Shown: positions 13,526 to 16,206 of the stretch, one piece after another
Layout: the number at the start of each line of letters is the position of its first letter
How positions within the stretch are numbered: position 1 is the stretch's first letter
DNA from: a virus
Strand: one strand, 5' to 3'
Virus record (IMG/VR): IMGVR_UViG_3300025312_000019
DNA: 16,206 bases
Made by a program: the position numbers and the translations under genes
Notes under the pieces: model-generated
Database searches by the model: none
What the model was told of the DNA's origin: nothing
The model's input: the letters and a program-made list of their open reading frames with translations, nothing else

Positions 13526-13842
13526 GATGACACCTCCCAGAGCGAAAGCTGGCCGGCCAACACGGCGACCGGCGACCGGCGACGGAGAGCGCGACGGCGG
13601 CGCTGAATGCAGCAGCCGGAGGAACAGGAATGAAGCGCGCAACAGCCGCAGCAGAACGCGCAACTGCAGGCGGCGAGAGCGCCGATGACCAGACCGCAGG
13701 CGGCGCAGCAAAGCTGACACGGGGACCCGAACGGGTGAGAGCAAAGGATCATGACGACGCCCCACACCCTGACCAGCCACAAGCCGGACAGAACCAGCAG
13801 CGACCACCCGCCGGATGGAGAGAACACCCACACTCTGGACAC
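13522..13842 (-). CDS. 106-aa membrane protein with an extremely Cys-rich core (14 Cys in about 45 residues)
   Basis: GTG 13842 lies 9 nt after AAGGGGGTG. GC3 is about 80-86%. There are two hydrophobic segments. The core is CSHPFGSPCQLCCAACGLVIGALAACSCAFCCGCCALHSCSSGCC. It has a GTGA overlap with the next gene. Confidence 0.5.
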   Translation of the reverse strand: MSRVWVFSPSGGWSLLVLSGLWLVRVWGVVMILCSHPFGSPCQLCCAACGLVIGALAACSCAFCCGCCALHSCSSGCCIQRRRRALRRRSPVAVLAGQLSLWEVSS

Positions 13843-15179
13843 CGCACGTTACACCCCCTTTTTCTAGAGCCCCCCCTGCCGGGGCCTAAAAGGCCCAGGA
13901 AAGCGGCGGCGCGGCGAAGGCACCCGAAGGGCCGTAACGAAGTGAAGGAGGCGTGAGCGGAGCGGAGCCTTGCCGAAGCCGCGAAGCCGCGCATAATGGG
14001 CCTGGCCCCGGCAGGGAAGGCTGGGGGGGAGGTGGTTTAGTAGTTCCTGCGCCCCTTCGCCTCCATGAAAACGACTGGCCGTTCGGCGGAAACGACTAGA
14101 TACGAAGCGTATCTGCGCTGTGGGCGTCGTTCCGGCGGCGACGGAGGGCGCGGCTCCCTATATGCGGGGGCTTGTCCCCGCTCTTCAATGGTCCGCGCCC
14201 GATGTGGCCGCTCTTCTCTTCCGCGAGCCGTGACGCCGGGGGATGTGGGGTTTAGCTAATGCGGCCTTCGGGGGGCTGGACGGCGTGACGGCGAGCGCTT
14301 GACCCTGGGTCTGGGGCGTTGCCCCAGGGTTGACGCCTGTCCGCGGGCGCCTAGCGCGGCCAGAAACGGGGGGCCGGAAGCGCCGAGCGGGGCCCGCAGC
14401 GGGAAGCGCGGAGTGCGGGCCCCTAGCCGAGGGCGCGCTCTTGAACGCGCCCCGGCGGCCCGGGGGTGGGGGCCCTGGCGGGCGAGTCGAGCGGTGGGGT
14501 GGTGGCCGCGTGACGGCTGGCGCTCGTTCGCGATGTGGGCGGCTATACAGGATGATGTTGGGGGGGGCGGGGTTCTTGGCCGCCCACCAAACCGAGCCGC
14601 CGCCCGAACCGATTTCGTGCGGCGATTCCCTACGAACAGCGCCGTTGAGGGCGGCGGCGAGTAAGGCGGCCATACGCGAGCGAAACGTGCGAAGAGGCCG
14701 TTGTTCCCCATTGTGAGGAGTCACGGTCAAATCCGTAGGACGCCACCGAGAAGCGAGAGTCCAAGCGTAGACCGCACAGAGTACCGTGAGAACGGCGGCC
14801 TCTTCAAGCGGACGGCCTTTGTAGTGTAGGGGGGGGCGGTGGTCCTCGTGGGTGGTGGAAGGGCGGCCCAAGGCGCACGGGGCGTAAGCCCCGCCTCGTG
14901 GGGGGAGGTAAAGCGGCCCCTGCGAGGCCTCCGGAGTTAGTGACGGTTTGACCCGACCCATGTATCTTCCGGCCGAGCAACAGGGGACGCGGGGGAGCCA
15001 GCCCGCGCTGAGGGGGGAGCATAGGGGCTGCCTCGGGGGCGTCAACAGCCCTGGGAAGCGCGGGCTGGTGAGGGGCGCTTCTGGATGCGCCGACGGGACG
15101 GCCCTGGAGGGGTGCGCTGCCCTTCCTGTGGCGGGGCTGTTATTAGACACTCAGCGCTGCACCGTGGTACTGGTGGTTG
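13843..15179 (+). ncRNA. 1,337-nt non-coding island; candidate large structured RNA and/or cis-acting ori or pac region. Wobble evidence favours the plus strand for about 14160..15070. The strand and ends are not established.
   Basis: There is no SD-led ORF and no codon-position GC periodicity. Five perfect local helices of 10 bp or more are present, plus nested helices, a GGGGC-GUAA-GCCCC hairpin (14879..14892), and six helix-flanking G-U positions that work only on the plus strand. No known RNA family was recognised by eye. Confidence 0.4.
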
Positions 15180-15314
15180 CTATTTACCCCCCCACTTGCG
15201 CCAGCTGTTGATGACCTTCACGACGTAGGCGGCAGCGAAGGACGCGCAGGCGACGGTGAGCGTGGCCAGGGCGGCGACGACTACCTCGAGGTAGACGTGT
15301 AGGGGTTCGCTCAT
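15180..15314 (-). CDS. 44-aa single-pass membrane protein (holin-like candidate)
   Basis: ATG 15314 has an ATGA overlap. Sequence: MSEPLHVYLEVVVAALATLTVACASFAAAYVVKVINSWRKWGGK, one TM with a basic C-terminus. The track ORF has a spurious R-rich N-terminal extension. Confidence 0.6.
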   Translation of the reverse strand: MSEPLHVYLEVVVAALATLTVACASFAAAYVVKVINSWRKWGGK

Positions 15315-15424
15315 GGTGTGGGCCACGCGCCGCCGAGGACGCCGAGGATGTAGACGACGATGGCGACGATGATGGCCCTGGCCATGGCGCGGAACTTCGG
15401 GTCGAGCCAAAGTCTCTTTATCAT
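15311..15424 (-). CDS. 37-aa single-pass membrane protein (holin / antiholin-like candidate)
   Basis: Found by hand. ATG 15424 lies 7 nt after AAGGGAG. Sequence: MIKRLWLDPKFRAMARAIIVAIVVYILGVLGGAWPTP. GC3 is very high. Confidence 0.55.
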   Translation of the reverse strand: MIKRLWLDPKFRAMARAIIVAIVVYILGVLGGAWPTP

Positions 15425-15426
15425 AT

Positions 15427-15768
15427 CTAGGCTCCCTTCAACGTGCGCTCTATGGAGTCAAGGACGTTGGACATGGCCTCGGTCAGGCGGTCGGCGTCGG
15501 TGCCGGAGATGTGGTAGTGGGTCGCTGCGAGTCGGGCGAGCGTGCCGAGAGTCTGACGAAGGAGGTCAAGGTCCGTTGCGTCGGCGCTCAGTAGGCGCTC
15601 GGCCCGTTCTCGGAGCAGGGCGATCTCACGGTGTAGGTCGGTGGGGGAGAGAGTGAGCGCTAGGGCGAACCGCTCCTGTCCGACTCGGTCGAGAACGCTA
15701 CTGTAGAGGCCGTGCTTGACCGCGTTCAAGTTGCCGGGTTGTCCGCCCGGTTTCCTCTTCGGTTTCAC
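15427..15768 (-). CDS. GNxNAxKHG-motif protein (113 aa); possible DNA-binding or small-terminase-like protein
   Basis: GTG 15768 is preceded by AGGAAAGG. The basic N-terminus MKPKRKPGGQPGNLNAVKHGLYS is followed by ...EIALLRERAERLL..., a pattern I recall from a family of small phage-associated helical proteins. The function is not established. Confidence 0.65.
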   Translation of the reverse strand: MKPKRKPGGQPGNLNAVKHGLYSSVLDRVGQERFALALTLSPTDLHREIALLRERAERLLSADATDLDLLRQTLGTLARLAATHYHISGTDADRLTEAMSNVLDSIERTLKGA

Positions 15769-15994
15769 TGTGCCTTTCCTCGGTGGTGTGTGTGTGGGTG
15801 CGGGTGGTGATGCGTTCGTGCGTTCGGGTTCGCTTGCGGGTTTGGGTTGTGGCGTTGATCTCGGCTAGCTCTTCGGCGGCGCTGACGACAAGGGTCAGGG
15901 CTGCGAGTTCCCAGTGCTGGTCTGTGACGATGGCGCCCGTCGGCGTGTGCTGCTCGATGTGGATGTGCGCCTTGACTCGTTGCGGTTGCGTCAC
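15698..15994 (-). CDS. Hypothetical protein (98 aa) with a low-complexity T/R/H/E tail
   Basis: GTG 15994 overlaps the endolysin stop (GTGA). The first 50 or so codons have high GC3. The last 71 nt overlap the next gene in a frame with poor GC3. The tail contains a (TG)6 / (CA)6 tract at 15786..15797. Confidence 0.5.
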   Translation of the reverse strand: MTQPQRVKAHIHIEQHTPTGAIVTDQHWELAALTLVVSAAEELAEINATTQTRKRTRTHERITTRTHTHTTEERHSETEEETGRTTRQLERGQARPLQ

Positions 15995-16206
15995 GGGAGT
16001 CTCCGATCTCTGTCGGGGTAGAAGGTGGGTTTGTCGAACGTTGGGTCGTCGGGTGGGACTCGTCGGACTGCGTCCCAGTCGGCGACGTACTTCGGTTCGG
16101 GGATGTGAACGAGCGCCGTGAAGAGGTCGGCGTACACTTCGTCGTCGCCTTCACGCTGTAGCAGGGGGATGTTGAGCGTCATGGGGATCTCCTCCCGTGG
16201 GGACTG
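15991..16206 (-). CDS. C-terminal part of the same endolysin ORF. The unique part is 15991..16107; 16108..16206 duplicates 1..99. The track's 63-aa ORF (15991..16182) is its in-frame tail.
   Basis: ATG at 75 (=16182) is in frame with ATG 570 (495 nt = 165 codons). The frame is open through the junction to TGA at 15991. The total ORF is 228 aa. Confidence 0.8.
   Translation of the reverse strand, partial: QSPREEIPMTLNIPLLQREGDDEVYADLFTALVHIPEPKYVADWDAVRRVPPDDPTFDKPTFYPDRDRRLP
16108..16206. repeat. Terminal direct repeat, copy B (identical to 1..99). Implies a circular or circularly permuted sequence of 16,107 unique bp.
   Basis: Exact 99-nt identity with the window start. Confidence 0.95.

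Noticed and set aside
13749-13847. A 32-aa zinc-ribbon reading (VRCPECGCSLHPAGGRCWFCPACGW...) in the alternative frame, which would be ATGA-coupled to an internal ATG of the Cys-rich ORF.
   Set aside because: GC3 in that frame is about 56%, against about 86% for the 106-aa frame over the same bases. I keep the longer membrane-protein model and note the ambiguity.
14721-14736. A tRNA-like T-arm (ACGG-TCAAAT-CCGT, containing GGTCAAATCC).
   Set aside because: The loop is 6 nt rather than 7 and lacks the TTC. No acceptor, D or anticodon arms can be built around it. It also competes with a better long-range helix.
14185-15150. A 321-codon open frame on the minus strand inside the non-coding island.
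   Set aside because: It starts at a GTG without an SD. GC is about equally high at codon positions 2 and 3, whereas real genes here show strong GC3 excess. It uses TTA and many T/A-ending codons. The translation is P/R/A/S-rich low complexity. The absence of stops is somewhat unexpected (rough chance of a few in a thousand per frame), so it deserves a homology check, but I do not call it a gene.
13843-15179. A known RNA family: tmRNA, RNase P RNA, a group I or II intron, a hammerhead, or a CRISPR array.
   Set aside because: I could not find GGUUCGA-type T-loops with a CCA-proximal acceptor, the GAGGAAAGUCC P4 sequence, a domain V-like hairpin, CUGAUGA cores, or regularly spaced repeats. This is a visual check only and needs an Infernal scan.

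Overview
The window appears to be a complete, circularly closed genome of about 16,107 unique bp. Positions 1..99 are identical to 16108..16206. It is a very small, GC-rich, tailed dsDNA phage-like element. Almost every gene is on the minus strand, and genes are packed with ATGA/GTGA/TAATG start-stop overlaps and GGAGG-type Shine-Dalgarno (SD) sites.

Reading the minus strand, I recognise these modules:
- An early or regulatory block of small ORFs (11964 down to 9528), including a DUF3850/ASCH protein and several zinc-ribbon proteins.
- A head module: large terminase, portal, scaffold, HK97-fold major capsid protein, a 44-aa zinc-ribbon mini-protein, a putative decoration protein and a head-tail adaptor.
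- A minimal tail: a 671-aa protein with an Asp-box propeller and a hub-like C-terminal half, an OB-fold spike and a fibre.
- An Amidase_2 endolysin whose ORF crosses the window ends.
- Two tiny transmembrane (TM) proteins.
- A second small-ORF block (13842 down to 12360) with cysteine-rich proteins.

I could not recognise a DNA polymerase, primase, integrase, prohead protease, tail tube or tape measure protein.

Two non-coding islands break the dense packing. The first, about 400 nt (11965..12360), has back-to-back promoter-like elements and the only plausible plus-strand ORF. The second is the main anomaly: 1,337 nt (13843..15179) with no coding signature but many perfect helices, a GUAA tetraloop, and wobble positions that favour a plus-strand (antisense) transcript. 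I rate it as a candidate large structured RNA and/or cis-acting origin or packaging region.

Other oddities:
- A frame-broken duplicate of the fibre tip.
- A 364-codon frame with an SD-led ORF embedded out of frame.
- Two paralogous GNxNAxxHG-motif proteins.
- An in-frame internal start inside the endolysin.

All function calls come from motif recognition by eye. No database search was possible.
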